Assembly: GCA_000708835.1 (NCBI GenBank)
Contig: DF236985.1
Span: forward strand, 247,926 to 311,925
Length of the DNA: 64,000 nucleotides
Origin: Klebsormidium nitens
Taxonomy: Eukaryota > Plantae > Klebsormidiophyceae
Direction of reading: 5' to 3'
Part shown: positions 1 through 14,300 of the stretch, in pieces
How the letters are laid out: the number at the start of each line of letters is the position of its first letter
Position numbering within the stretch: the stretch's first letter is position 1
Notes under the pieces: generated by a model
What the model was told of the DNA's origin: nothing
The model's input: the letters and a program-made list of their open reading frames with translations, nothing else
The model's database searches: none
Made by a program: the position numbers and the translations under genes

Positions 1-1
1 C

Positions 2-3000
2 CCACGAGAGGGTCCGAACCCAAAACCCCCGCTGCCGACGAGGGCCTTTGCGACTTCGCTTCGTGACGCTGCCATCGCGGAAATGCGAACCCTTCAGGCA
101 GAGAAAGAGGCGCTCGAACGGTACGTGTCGCAGTGGCAGGCGTCCAAGGATTCTGTGGTGTCAAATCCCGAGAGCTCCCAGGGGAGGGAAAAGGAGGGCG
201 AAACGGCAGAAGCGGAGAAAGCGGGCGGTCACACACCCAAGGAGGCTGCGGGTAAAGAGGGTGTATATGCGCTCAACCGGGCCCGGAGCTTCGAGGCGCT
301 GCTGCAGGCTGCTGGGGAGGCGTCGAAGGGCCGGGAAGCCGTCGGAGAGGAAAAGGACGGGAATGAAGGGGGCGGTGAAGCAGAAAAAGCTGCTCCGGAG
401 AGTGAGATGAAAGCGGATCTAGGTACGGGAGGGGTAGTCGAAGCGGGCCAAACAGATGGGGAAGGAACGAGAATCGAGCCGCAGGTTTCGAAGGAACCAC
501 AGGCTGGCGAGGCGAAGGGTTTGCGAGAAGCACCGAGCCTTCCAAACCCGGGCAAGGACGAGCCGGTAGACCTTGACGCAAAAACCAAAGCCGCAGAGGG
601 GGCGGTCGCGGCCAAGCGGGCCGCGCTCAAGGAGTCCTTTGCCAAGGCACTCGTCGATCCTTCGGGAGCAACCGTCTCGTTTGCGAACTTCCCGTACTAT
701 CTCAGCGAGACGACGAAGCAGCTTCTGATCGGCTCCGCGTTTGTGCACCTCAAGAAGAACGAGTATGTGAAGTACACGAAAGAGCTCGCGGCGCTGAGCC
801 CGCGGATGCTGCTCGCGGGCGGCAGCGGGACGGACATCTACCAGGAGACGCTGGTGCGTGCGCTTGCGGCGCACTTTGGCGCGAAGCTGATGGTCATGGA
901 TGCTGCGGGGACGGACGAGGTGGGCCAGATGTTCGTTTGTTTGTTAACCGGAAAATTGTTGCGCACTTTCATTGATTCACTCAATAGTTGCCACGTCAGA
1001 GGTGTCTGGTCTTCGGGCTACCTGTTCTGGAGCAGCAAACATTGGTTGTTATTCAAGGCCTTCGATCTATCTTTCAATTTGTTGTCCTGATGCACCTTTC
1101 TGTGCAACAAGAAAGCGTAGGCGATGCGCTTTTAGTCCTCTTCTGGTCGCGGCGAAGCTGTTGTTCCCGTCTTTTGATTTGACTGTAAACCTGAGTCTGT
1201 GATAGGAGCCTTCACCGACGGAAGAAGCGGAGGAGGTGGTCGAGCCTGCAGTTGAGGCTGTTCCCGAGGAGGAAAGAAAGGTGGACGCAATGTCGACCGA
1301 GGAACCAACGGTTCCCGAAACGGGGAATCATGCGGATGCTGGCGATCCCCCAAAGAAAGCACCGGCGGCAACTGACGAGGTAAAAAGTGACCTAACCACT
1401 TCAAAGAGGACGAACTTAAAGAATGGAAGTCAGTGAACTCATCATTTTCTCGTAAAGAGTTTGAAGGCCTTGTTCTGAGTGAGACGGTTTGGAAACTCCT
1501 CCAGAGTTTCGTGTTGAGCACGTTGTAGCGAAGCAACCATATCCTTTCAAGAGTAATTCTATCCTGATTGCTTGAAACCTTGTGAAATTGCCCAGAGATA
1601 TTCCTCGATGAGAGTACTGTTCCCAAGTTAGCAAAGGCAGCCCACAGACATCAGCGTCAGGAAGATTGCAAGCCCTTCACGAGTGATCAGACGCTGGATA
1701 GATCACTCAGGTGCTTCGTTTAACGCGCTTCTTCCGGATTGAGTCGGTTTGCAAAACCACTCATGAAATTTGAGACGACGGCTTTTTTCTTGCGTCCTGA
1801 TTCTTCATCTTTGCGCAGGGTGGAGATATGGTGGTAGACGAAGAGAAACCAACCGAGGCAACCCCATCAGAGCCCCCTGCTCCCGTGGTCTTGGAAAGAG
1901 AAGGCACCCCGACCGAAACAAGACCAATAGAACAGCGCGTTTCAGAAGCTGCTAAGGCCAAAGCCCTTGCTGAAACGGACATTACTCAGGAGACGGACAA
2001 CCCGACCCGACCGGCAGAAACCCCCGAAGCAAACTCACTGGAGCCAATGGAGACAGAGGCGCAGCCTAGCTCGTCAGAAAACGGGACCGACAATGCGGCA
2101 GAAGTGCCCGACCTAAACCTTGCGCCGACGTCGGGGAAAGCTGCACTAGAGCGAAAAGAGGGCGAGTTAGAGCCAGGCGAAACCAAGGTAGAGCCCGGGG
2201 GAAAGGAAATACTGCTCGAGGACTCGGTAGCAGTTACCCGAGAGCCAGGTGAGAGGGATCCCCCGGGCAGTGGCGAGAAGGACGATGATTCGGTGCACGC
2301 GCTCCTGGAGGGAGACAATGAAGACGAGAAGGAAGAGGACTTTTGGGGCCGGTCTGATGCGAAGATGGATAGAATTGAGCGGTCGCTGTCGGTGCTTCTG
2401 GCGACGAGCAGGCCGGAGGGGGGGCGGGGGGAACAGGGGGCGCGCGGGAAGGAGGGCAAGAAGGGGCAGTTCTTCAAAAGGGGTGAGGGGTCAGGCGGCT
2501 GGGGTAGGAGCTGGTGTGTTCGATTAATGTTTGCCAGGTCGAAGAGCATTGTTTGTTACTGGAGCTACGAACTTACAAACGCTGCTCTGCTTGTGGCCTC
2601 TAAAGTTTCTTGTCGCAGTGATAGCCTTTCGGTCCACGATTGCCGGAATGATGTTTTTGCATGTTGCTGCGGCCATGTGCTGGTATGTCGTGGCTGCAAA
2701 CTTGCCAGTCGAGCCGGTGGATTGTCTTCGGAAGTGAGGCCGATCATCGTAATCTGCAAGAGGTGCAAGTGACCGTTTTGGTGGTCGCTTTGCTGGATCG
2801 CTTGATTTGACCTGTGCCACGTGTCTTGTCGTGTCACGTGCAGGCGATCGGGTGAGGTTCCGGGGAGGGCCAGGGACTGCGAACGTGTCGAGTAGCTTGC
2901 ACACCTACCTGTGCGGGTGAGTTAATGAAGTCGGGCAAGCTAAGGCAATGTGAAAAGGTCTGGGCTTCTTTGTTGGACCACGAAGGCTTGAACGGTCCAG

Positions 3001-6000
3001 TTCTTGCTTCTCTTCATCCGTCAATTCCGGTTTCGGCTTGAATTGCAGCTGTTGGGCTGCAAAGGGGCGGATGCGATAAGAAAGAGCCAGGAGTTCTTAA
3101 CGACGACATTTTGTTGCTTCTGACAGACTGGCGGCCGAGAAGCAGCTCAAAACTGATCCACCGATAAGGTGAGAGGGACCCGCTGTCTGAGTCTCTCAAT
3201 GAGCCGGCCGTTGTTGATTCTCTGTTCTGTATGCTGCTTAGTTTCTGGTCTAAGGCGACGCACTCGTTTGTCGTTTGGAATAAGGAAAAGGACAGATGGC
3301 AGAGAGTTACGCTAGAGAAACAGAAGAGGACATGTCTGGTCTGGTGTCCGGATCAGCAGGCCGTACTGCGAGAGCCCGTATCCTTGATTAAAGAATGTAT
3401 AGCAGACTGTTTTGTACGCTTCCAAACTAAGTAAGACTGTGAAAGTTTCGAGGGCTGAGCCTGTTCACACTCGTGCGCAGGGGCCCGTGCGTGGGGTGTC
3501 GCGGCACGGTGAAGCTGGTGTACAGCCCAAGCCACAAGCTGGGCATCAGCTTCGACAAGGCGGTTCCAGGCGGGAGCAACCTTGGCAACCAGTGCGACGA
3601 CGGCCACGGCTTCTGGTGCAACGGTAAGCGGTTAACACGTGCCCGCTTTGTAATTTGTGCTGCTGATTGAAGGGTTTTGGAAGGTGGTGGGCAGCGTGTG
3701 GGGCACAAGGCACGTAAGGGGAACGTAAGGAAAACGTACTGGCTTGCTGCCTGAGGTAGTTTCTGTGCCTCTTGATTGTTTGTTTTGGAGCAGGAGTAGA
3801 CGTCTTCGTTTTCCAGCAAACGGAGGATTTACTTTGCAGAACTAACTTTTCAGTGTCTGATGAACGGGAAATTGGTGCGAGGCGTTCCGTGAAACGACGT
3901 CCGTTGTTAGCTGATTGTACTTAATGCTTCGATGCAGTATTTGATGGTCAACACAAAGAATAGTGGTTATCCAAAATTGATTCGGATTGTAAGAGCCTCC
4001 CGTTCCAAGCCCTGAGTCCACATTACTTGCCCCTTCGTCTTTTGTGAACGTTCTGTACGCCAGTTTAACAGGGGAAGAACCCAATGTGGGGATACTCAAT
4101 TCCGATCTTGGCCTCAAGTGGGCCGTGGCGGGTTTGAAACTCACGTCCAAGGCTTGCTGGGGTTGTCCTGACTCGTGTGTGCCCCCTTCTTTTCAGCGGC
4201 GAACCTAGAGCTGCTCGAGACAGTCGAAGGCGTCGATACCGAGGGGATGCGCATGGACGCCCTTTTTGAGGTGAGCGCAGCCAAAACCATAGCCCCTTGA
4301 GTCTGTTTTGGAGGAACAATGATAAGCGTGTGCATGCTAGCAACAGGTCGCCCACTTATCTAGACAATTTGTATACTTGTAAGATTGTTATGGCCACTCC
4401 CTGTAAGAAAAAAGACGTTCAAAATTCTGCTAATATAGATTTTAATCTGGAGGAATTTCTCCTTGATACCCCTGTTGTTCTCATGCATCATGGAGCCCTC
4501 GTGACCGAGGAAAGAGTGCGATAGTTTGCCGCTTGTCGCTGCAACTATCTCCGTTAAAAGGAAAGAAGTTGTGCGCGGCACCAGCGCTGATGTCCCGTTC
4601 TGTCCGAGCAGGTTCTGTCCGAGGCGAGCGCGGCGGGCCCCGTCATTTTGTACATCCCGGACGCGGAGCGGTCGATCATGGGCAACCTGGACAAGTACCT
4701 GGCACTGCGCAAGAAGCTGGAGGGCCTGCAGGGGCCCATCGTGGCCATCGCGTCCTACATCATACCAGACGCAGGAAAAGAAAAGGTGCGCGCGGCTGGG
4801 TCGATTTTTTGAAAGGAAGAAAGGATCTCGTTGGGTGCTTTGGGCAGTCTGCAGCAGTTTCGTCATCTTTATGGGCACTAAATCTGAGGGCTTAAAGGTT
4901 TTGGTGTTGTCTCAGCTCTAATTTTAGCGGGCTAGGGCCAGGCGAGATCCAGGCCTCAAGGCGTTTGTTTCTTGTGGGCTGTCTCTTCCTCCTCCTTCCT
5001 AGAGCCAGTTTTACCCTGTGCAGACAATCGTGTCTGCTCTCGAGGAAGTACTTCTGGCTTCTGGCGGATTCGCTGCTGTCCATTTCGTTATTATTCTCGC
5101 CTTCCTGTGGAACCCTTCTGTTCTTGATCCTCAAGTATATTGCGCTCCTTGGGGTAGCGCTTGGGGTTTGGCCATCCTTCCTTAAGGGGAGTGATTTGAG
5201 TCTTCAGAGAACCGAACAATGTTTTGCAGTGCTTAGATTCGAGCCTCAAGTCCCGCCTTTTGCGCTCGTGCAGTTCCATGTCGGCGGGTCCACGCTGCAC
5301 AAGTTTGGCGGGCAGCAGACGTCGCTGCTCGAGCTGAGCTTCATCAACACGCTGAGCCGCCTGGAGGAGCGCGGCAAAGAGCAGCCCAAGATCGCCAAGG
5401 TCCTCGAGAAACTGTTTCCCTCCAAGATCAAGATTCAGCCGCCGCAGGTGAGCAAACAGTGAAACGTCACCAGAAAAAGCTCTTCGAGTGTACAGAGCAC
5501 TGATGCCGAAGATTGCCATACAGACACAAAGCTCAGGCCCCTTGAAGCGGTCATCTAAAATGGAATTTTCGGACCTTCTTAAAAGACCTTTGTTGATAGC
5601 AAGGCTGTTGATAGCAAGGCAGCAAGACCCGCGCAAGTGCTTGGTCGATCGAAGGAGTATATGGACTCGGTTGCAGCAACCTTGCAATAAAGGCAATAAA
5701 GGCGAAAAGCGTCAGGGTGGTGCACTCACTTGTGTTGAGTATGCCGCCTAATCCGGCTCCATCTTCGATCATTGAAACCCTCCCTGCTGCTCTCTATCTT
5801 TTTGGATGCTTCCCCTTCAGGAATGCCGCAGTTCTGTTGCGTCGGCCTTACTCTCGTCCTAGACCTTCCCAATTTCCCTCTGCTGAGCTGTGACCCGCAA
5901 CTGTGACTTAGCCCAACTTCTATGTTTCCCGCTCTGCAGAAGGACAGCGAGCTGCACGAGTGGAAGAAGCAGATTGAGAAGGACGTGGCGACGCTCAAGG

Positions 6001-9000
6001 CCGAGTCCAACCGGGGCGTCATCCAAAAGGTGCTCCGCGAGTCGAACGTGGGCTGTGAACAGCTGGCGGCGCTGGAAGTTAAGGACCAAATTTTGTCGCC
6101 GGATCAGGCCCAAAAAGTGGTGGCCTGGGCCGCTAGTCATTACTTGATGGCGGCAGAGGAGCCCGCCGTGAAGAAGGGCAGGCTGCAGCTGACAGTGGAC
6201 AGGTGCGTATCCTGGGGCCTTTTGGAGGTTTGGCTTTGGGTTCGAGGCTGCTGAGGGTTGGGCTTGTTGTCACACTTTGTACGAAAAGCCGAGGAAGCCG
6301 CTTCTGCTCATGGTCAGGAGTGCGAAGTCTGAGCCTTTGTCCATCCCTTCTGGTGACCTGGAGGCAGAAGCGTCGTTTAGGAGACTCGGCAAAGCCGCCG
6401 AGCATTGGCAGTTTCGAAAGCTGCGAGCTTTCTGAGCAAGGTTTGAAGCTCTTGTGTTCTGCCACGAACCAACAAAGAGCTGCAAGTTGCCAGTATTTCC
6501 CGTTGCCGTCGCCTTTCGCCGCCCTCTGTGAGCTTTGTTCCGGTCGCAACACTGACACCCCAAATTTCTCCGCAGCCTGCGCTCGGGCGTGGAGCTGCTG
6601 CGATCGTTGCGCGAGGACGGCTCCCCGCTCAAAAAGTCGCTCAAGGACATCGTCCTCGAGGACGACTTTGAGAAGCGGCTCCTCTCCGAAGTCATCCCCG
6701 CGGAAGAGATCGGCGTCGGATTTGACGACATTGGCGCGCTCGAGAGCGTGAAAGAGACGCTACGGGAGCTGGTGATGCTGCCGCTGCAGCGCCCGGAGCT
6801 CTTCTCCCGGGGCCAGCTTACTAAGCCCACAAAGGGGATCCTGCTCTTCGGGCCCCCGGGGACGGGCAAGACCATGCTCGCCAAGGCGGTGGCCACCGAG
6901 GCGGGCGCCAACTTCATCAACATCTCGGTCGCGACGATCGCGTCCAAGGTGAGCAGCGTTTTGAGATGCGTGGTTCTTCTGTCGGGGGCGTCGGGGGTTT
7001 CCAATTACAAGGTTGCAGTTTCTTAGGAGGGTTGAAAGTAAGGAGATTTGGAGTTGAGTTGGACGTTTACATACTGGGTCGCCGAACTTTGTTCAAGCTG
7101 AGATGCGTAGCGCCAAGAAAGGCGAAGCACCTGCCGACGGTCCTTGCTTTTCCCCGGGGGGCCGAGGGACTCGCTGCCGTCAACTGCTTTATAGCGTCAA
7201 CTCCAACAGCTTTGCTTACCCGCTTCCTCCACCTGCTCTGGACGACCTACGGGTTTGCAATTAGGCCAACAAGAACAACCCGCTCTGCAAGATCAAGATT
7301 ATGTGATAAATGTTTACTGCGAGCGTGTCAAGCGTAAACACTCGGTATCATCACCTGCCCGTTGTGACACCGTCTCCAAGTGATCGTACCGGAGGTGAGC
7401 TCTGCTTTCGGTCCGTAGCTCCTGAAACCCTTGACACCATGCCCTACACGGTCCTTTTCGAAATTCTCAGCACCCCTCACGATACATTTTTATGGTTCAA
7501 CTACAAGACCCCGCTTTTTCCTCTTAGGCCCCTGAAGTCGGAATACAAAAGATTGCCGGTACCAGAACCACCTGAGACGGCACTCTGACGTTCTTTCCAA
7601 ATCCCTCTCCCGCAGTGGTTCGGCGAGGGCGAGAAGTACGTCAAGGCCGTGTTCACGCTCGCGAGCAAGCTGGCGCCGAGCATCGTGTTCATCGACGAGG
7701 TGGACAGCATGCTGGGCCGGCGCGAGAAGCCGGGCGAGCACGAGGCGATGCGTAAGATCAAGAACGAGTTCATGGCCAACTGGGACGGCCTCCGCACCAA
7801 GGACCGCGAGCGGGTGCTTGTGCTGGCCGCCACCAACCGGCCCTTCGACCTCGACGAGGCCGTCGTGCGCAGGATGCCGCGCAGGTAAGAGTTTTGAGGT
7901 TTTGGGGCTTAGCTGACATCTGGCCTCTTTACCATTTTTTGCGGCTCAAAAGAAGTTTGTAATGAAGCAGAGTGGATCAGGAAATGCAGGAGCGTCCTTT
8001 GTGGAATGCTGCGCAGGAGAGGCTGTGGGGGACTCCTGACGGCGGGAACCCGGGATTTCGGATCTTTTGAGGGAGTGAACAGCTGTACGTGGGTGTCTAG
8101 TCGGCTTACTCAACAGGCGCGATTGGGTGCCTCGGAATGTGGCAATGGATTGTTGCCAGCGCTGATGCTGTGCTCTTCTGTGCCAGGATTCCGGCGCCCC
8201 GCCACCCGGATAATCACGATGTTGCCTTGCACTGTAACTGCAAACTCCAGCCGTTCACTGATGAGTTGAGAAGCTGGATGCAGTGTAGAGGACGTTTACC
8301 TGCACAGTGTGGCACAGGCGGTGCTTCCTTTTCTGCCCGGTCTGATCCGTCCTTTGCTCGCAGGCTGATGGTGCCCTTGCCCGACGCGGAAAATCGGCGC
8401 AAGATTCTGCACGTGATCCTGGGTAAAGAGGAGCTCAGCGCAGCCTTCGACTTTGAAGAGCTGAGCCAAATGACGGACGGGTACTCGGGGAGCGACCTCA
8501 AGGTGTGATGTTCCGCCTTGCACGGGGTTGAGCTGCGTTGTGTGGTCAAACAAGGGGGTTTAGGGCTTTGGGGTTTCCATCAATTCGGGTTTTAGGCAAC
8601 TAGGGAACGCAAAAGGGTGGCTCTTGCAGGCTGCTGTCAACCACGAGGGAGTAATTTTTCTGTGATCAACGAAAAGGCTCAGCTCTAGTATTGGGGTCAA
8701 GTCGGCCGCCGCTTCAGGCATCGCAAATCTGTTGCTTTGGCAAACTTCCTCTCAGGCGTCCGTCACAGCTTGTATGCTCCATGTTCGTTTTTTCCATCTG
8801 CTGCTCTGCGGCGCCTCTGATTCACTTGCTTGCCCTTCGCAGAACCTGTGCGTCACAGCTGCGTACCAACCGATCCGGGAGATCCTGGAGAACGAGAAGA
8901 AGGTACGGCTGCCGCGGCGCACACTGATGCAGATCATCTTAGATTAGGACAGGAGGCTTCAGAGTCTCCGCTGGCAAGCTGAGAGCAGCTTACGTGAACT

Positions 9001-9724
9001 TGCTGACCTCAAAACCAGCAAAGATTGCAGCCGTGATTTGTAAGACTAAGTATGCAGTTTCTGGAGCCTAGTTTCAATACTCCGTCAGTCCCATGGCAGT
9101 CCTCTCTCTGAGCTTCTTCCAAGGTTCTCTCAAGCGCACTTTGTTACTTATGTCTGACGTGCGTGTTTCTGGCTTGTCACCTCCAGGAGCGTGCGAAGGC
9201 GAAGACGGAAGGCCGCCCCTGGGTGGCCCCCAGCAGCGATGCGCCTCCCCCAATCCGACCGCTCAACATGAACGACATGCGGCTAGCCAAGGAGCAGGTA
9301 AGTGCGCTTGAAAGGATCAATCTGTTATTGCTAGTGAAGGCTTTGATATCAACCGGTCGTAGTCCCGCCGTTGGGCCACCTTTTTGAAGCTGAGTGGAAG
9401 TCACATGAGGACCTTTTTCTTCGAGTTGACAACAAATTTTGCTGTACAAATTGCGGACGAATTCAGTGCTTGCGTTCATTGACGCTCTTGGTGCATGCTG
9501 CCAATCTTTCCGTCCAAAAGCATCCAGGAAACCCCCTCAGTCTCCACGTTTTACATGTTCAGTCGAGCGTTTCGTTGGTTCATCCCATGATTGCTTTTCG
9601 TTTTTGGCAGGTGTCTGCCAGCGTTTCCCCGGACGCTGCTAGTTCAACCGAGCTGGAGCAGTGGAACGATCAATACGGGGAAGGGGGTTCTAGGCAGAAG
9701 ACGCAGTTGACCTACTTCATGTAG
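2..9724 (+). CDS. Plant-type AAA+ ATPase (MSP1/ATAD1/spastin-related, At4g02480/At1g02890-like), 5' end outside window
   Basis: The frame is open from base 2. Exons with GT-AG ends and consistent phases: <2-919, 1206-1379, 1819-2482, 2844-2916, 3127-3168, 3481-3623, 4197-4270, 4612-4785, 5274-5447, 5940-6202, 6576-6948, 7616-7884, 8364-8502, 8843-8902, 9187-9297, 9611-9724(TAG). Motifs: Walker A GPPGTGKT, Walker [28 protein letters not shown]. Plant-family segments: [18 protein letters not shown]...[13 protein letters not shown], and C-terminal [11 protein letters not shown]. Confidence 0.93.
5591..5620. repeat. Perfect 15-nt tandem duplication (TGTTGATAGCAAGGC x2) in an AAA intron
   Basis: Read directly: 5591-5605 equals 5606-5620. 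Confidence 0.9.
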
Positions 9725-11006
9725 AAACCGAATCGAGGGAACGAGGCTGCAGCTCGAATTGTAGTTCCATACTGGAGGCCGCACATGGCCGTTAGACGGT
9801 TCATTTGAGTTCTGTACAGCAATAGAAGTGATAATCAGCGAGGCTTGTACATTTCTGCAGAGGCGGTTGAGGAGTGGTACTCGAGCAGCGCCAAGAGCGG
9901 GCAGTCCAGCAAGGATATGGTCCGGTCGACTGTTTCAAAGCGATTGTGTACGGAAATCTTGAGATTGAAGACAACCAGGGCATCAGTCGGGATCCGCTTT
10001 ATAGAGCAAGCCTTCGCTGTTGCATTCCATGCAGCAAGAAAGCATCATCCGAGTGTATTTGTCGTGGCGACGATGGGGGCAACTCAAATGGGATTGGCCT
10101 TTTAAGGGAGCAAGAGGATTTGACAGTGGGTGCTTATACCCATCACCTTAAGCTATGTACCGTCGTAAGAAGCATCCATTTGAACTGCTTTGAAGATGGG
10201 GTTGCGTATTACGGTTGACGGTCTCGACTGCATGTGAGATTGGACTCAGTGCAGAGGTACCGTATGTTCCGTTCATTCAATTTGTGCAGTCCGGTCTGTG
10301 TGCATATACACATATTGGTATGGCCTTACAAAGAACATAATTCGCTACATATGAGCTACCCGGACAAACAAGCTACGAAAACCCTTTAACCGAAAGAAAC
10401 ACCCGCTACGCACCCTGACCACCAAACCATTGAACCCTACCCGTCTCCCTGGCGCCTACTCCGAGTGAAATGGCCCTGAAGTGAAACGGGAGTTACCAGA
10501 ATTGAATCAGCCCCTGTCGCGCCCCGCTTGCATGCAGTCATGGCACCGGATCGACGACTTGCTATTACTCTCGCGCCGTGCCAAAATTTGTTATAAGATG
10601 GCTGCATCCGATTCTCATGCAGCTAGCCTCAGGGCTATTTGAAGCCAGTCTATGGGGAAGTGCATTTCTGGCTCAATCTGTAGTAGTCATTCTCCAAAGT
10701 TAGACCCGTTCCGGCCGCGCGTGGGCCGGACGTACCTCCGAGGCTCTGCTATATGCAATTAGGCGACGTACAGAGCCATGGACCGTCCAGTTGATAAAGT
10801 TAAGACAGTGGATCTGAATCGACCTTAACAAGACCTAGACGGTGATTATAGCAGACCGCTTGTTCCAGGCATTAAGACCGCGTTTCAGTTCGAACTCAGA
10901 TTCGCAGTCCGCCTGACAGCATGCCATGTGGCATACCACCACCTATGGTAGTTGTTACGAATTGCGCATGCCGCTCGCAATGCAGAAGAGGGCGTCACGT
11001 GGCGAT

Positions 11007-11048
11007 CGGGGCAATGGTAATTTGTAGCGGGGCAATGGTAATCCGTAG
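11007..11048. repeat. Near-perfect 21-nt tandem duplication in intergenic DNA
   Basis: CGGGGCAATGGTAATTTGTAG followed by CGGGGCAATGGTAATCCGTAG. Confidence 0.85.
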
Positions 11049-11377
11049 CTAGCGGTATTATTGATGGCGTATTAGTACAGTCTGGTTGAACGCTACAATA
11101 CTCTTTGGGCCGCCGACCGGCTGTCAGGTGTGACGACCCTCGGTACAGGGCACCGCCGTTGGGCTTAGATTTCTAAACCTACGTCTGCGCCGTTTGCCAG
11201 CCAGCGCGCTTCGATCGTAATGGTCCTTGCTAGCAGTACTATCTAGGTGGGTTCGCGAGCTGGCAGTGGGATACAGTCAATTTAGGTAATGCATTAGATT
11301 AGGCCATAGATGGATGGTTAGGTGCGCAGCCCCTAATACGATATAGCATGGGCAGGGCTCGGAAGATCTCTCAATTG

Positions 11378-14300
11378 CTATGGATGCCCCCGGCGGTTCT
11401 TCGTCTTCTTCACCGTGCTTTTCTTCTCGCTCACCAGCTTTCTGTTAAGGGGCGAGTCGGTCTTTCTGCCAGCACCTCTAACCATGCGCTTCAACTCGTC
11501 TTCCACAAGCGCCCTCTGCCGCGGGAGCGTCTCTAGCGGTCTAGCCTTGGGGGCCTGTGTCACCTGTTTCTGAACCGCGGGCTTCTCGGTCTGAATCTTC
11601 TTGAGTAGTAGCTCTTTGTGGTACATCTGGCAGGAAAAAAGCAAGCTTCAGATATCTTTATCGTACAAAATGATTGAACGGCCAGTTTTTGGTTCTGAAA
11701 GAGACAGGAAACCTTATTCCGCATATCCATGCCTTAGAAGCGTGCCTGACAAGTAGGCAAGGAAAAAGTTCTCAAAGTGTGCCGAAACTACTTTCTCTCA
11801 AATCAACATCACCGACACTTGCGCGACGCTCCTTCCACCGTCTCCGAATTGGATTCCGTCCAATGACCTTCTTGACCGCCGAGAAGTTCGTCACAGATTT
11901 TAGCAAGCCAAATTTTGTCCTAGCTTCAACCATAGGTGCTAGAATAGCGAGACTGTGAATACGTCTAGATTGGGTGGAACTGGGTTGAGTTGGAAATTCG
12001 CACCTGCTCGACGCAGTCCCTGCGCTCGCAGTCCTTGAACATGTTCATCACGAGCGGCGTCGACATCTTGTCGCGCGTGTACCCGAAGCTGATCTGGTCC
12101 CGCGACGTGAAGCGGTCCACCTCGTTGAACCACAGGCACGAAAACAAGTTCACCAGGGGCGTGTGCTCGCGCAGGATGAAGCAGCCCTCCGGCACGTCTG
12201 AGGGGGGAGAGGGCCGGCGGGTTAGGCTTCGCGCTTTCGGAAGTCAGAAGTTGCTGAAAATTCGCAGATGCAGATTTCATGGTGCGGTACGAGTTTTCTC
12301 AGACCGAGACGCGCGCAAATGGACAAATAACTCAAAGGGCAAGGCCGCTTCTGAGAAAATATTCTATGCAGGTCTGCTGAGATGCTCATATGACATCATA
12401 CGCCGCCAAACCTCTTGTTTCCTGCAGAGTTCGTAGAAAGGTGTGCCTAGAAAGAAAAGCTTGCGCTCTTTAATCAAAGGCTGGGGCTGATGGCAGTTAT
12501 CTATGAGAAGCGACGACCTAAAACTTCAAGAAACCGGTTGTTAGCACAATGACGAACTGTCACGGAAGTCAAGACCGGCCGTACCACTCTCGATGGGCGC
12601 CTTGTCCGGTCCGAAGGGCAGCATTCCGTCCTCCCGGTAATGATCCACCTGAGCGTCGATTGTCGCGTTGTCGTACTTGCCCTGGGCCTTGTTCGCCTCC
12701 GCTTCGATGAACGCGTCGAAGCGCTTGTAGTGCTTGCTGATGGCGAACGTGTGGCCCGAGCGCCACAGGAAACGCTCCAGGATCTGCAGAGAGAAACGGT
12801 TTTCAGTGCATGGGGCCCTAGCTCGCGCACAGCAAAATTGGGGCTCGACAAAACGCAGCCTTTTGACTGGAAAGCGTCTAGGGAGATAAAAGGCATGCCA
12901 AGTTGGGTTGTTTGCTGTCACCCTATTGGTTGGGCTTTGAGTCAGGGTCCGAGCAGGAATGTCAGAAACGGCAGATGTACGGACCGGTGTGGACTAGGCA
13001 ACATTCAGCAACGACGCACACACGTTGAAACAGGGCCAGGGCGTTGACAGCCCTGGAGCATCCAGGGGATGGAAACGATGCGAAGGTTTTCGAGTCTTCG
13101 AGACAGCTTCTAACAGATTTCGTTTTGAGAGGACACATTCAGTTCAGCGCGCTCAAACTTCGCCGCCGCTCAGAAACCGCACCTGCAGCGGGTCCCTCAT
13201 GAGGCGCAGCTTGGCGTCCACCCAGAGCGAGTAGCGCGCGCGCGGGAAGAGGCGGTGCAGCAGCAGCTTGGGGACCTTGCCGTTCCGGCGCGGGTCCGCG
13301 AAGGGCATGTTCTTGACCACCACGACGCGCCAGAGGCCGACGCTTCGCGCCTCGGGGCTGGGGATGGAGCCGTCGCGCAGCAGGTCCTCCAACGTCGGCT
13401 CGTCCACGAACATGAAAAAGCACACGTGCGCTGCGGAAAGAGGGCGTGATTCTCAAAGAAGGTCGAGCGAGGGTGCTGCACAATTCGGGAGGCTTGTGAC
13501 GACACGAATATCAATGAATAGTAAGTGCGCAAGTGGAGGATCTAAGTCGTACGGACAACTGGAATAGAAGGGGGTTTGACTACCCTAAAAGTTATGGCGT
13601 GATAAGAAAAAGATGAATCAATCTAATGAGGACTTGCTGCGGCAACTTCTCGTACGATCTGCCGGGCAGACCAATGTGTTGCGGCAGCTTCTGCGCTTAT
13701 AACTTAGCTGAAAATCGTGTTTGGCTTCTGGAGTTTGTCCAATGGACAGAATTTCATGCATCTAGGATCGGTGGTCTTACCTTCCGACTCCTTGCTGACG
13801 TTCTTCGGCTGCTGCAAGACGTCATACGCGCCAAAGATTGCGCTCGCCACAACGACCTCCCTGCAGGCCGCCATGGCCGCGCGGTCCTCTTCCGACACGT
13901 CATACCCCGTGCCCTGGCCCGGATCCCCGCCCCATACGAAGCCACAGTGCACGTCCATCTCTTCGCGGACCTGGAAACTCTCTTCCCGGTCACTCCACGT
14001 CGGATGTCCGCCAAACGTGGGGGGATAGCCCGCCTCTGACGGGTGGCTCTCGTCGATGAAGCGCAGCTCGCTGATGGAATCTTCAGGGCTTGGAGATTGG
14101 GGCATCGCAGCAAGGGCCTCCGCCGGGGGAAGATAGCAGACCCCACAGGCTGGAAGTCAAAAAGGAACACGCCATTGCACGACGTCGATAATGGCTGCAA
14201 AGTTTGCAAGTGAATCGCTGCTACCTTTCAATATGTCTGATTCAAAGCGAAGACGCTTCCGCGAAGAAGGCGAAGCGAGACACACCCTCAAGGTTCGTTG

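Noticed and set aside
2844-2851. Apparent 8-nt microexon in the AAA gene
   Set aside because: Reading on gives GDRVRFRG, matching the family, with a good donor at 2917; the exon is 2844-2916.
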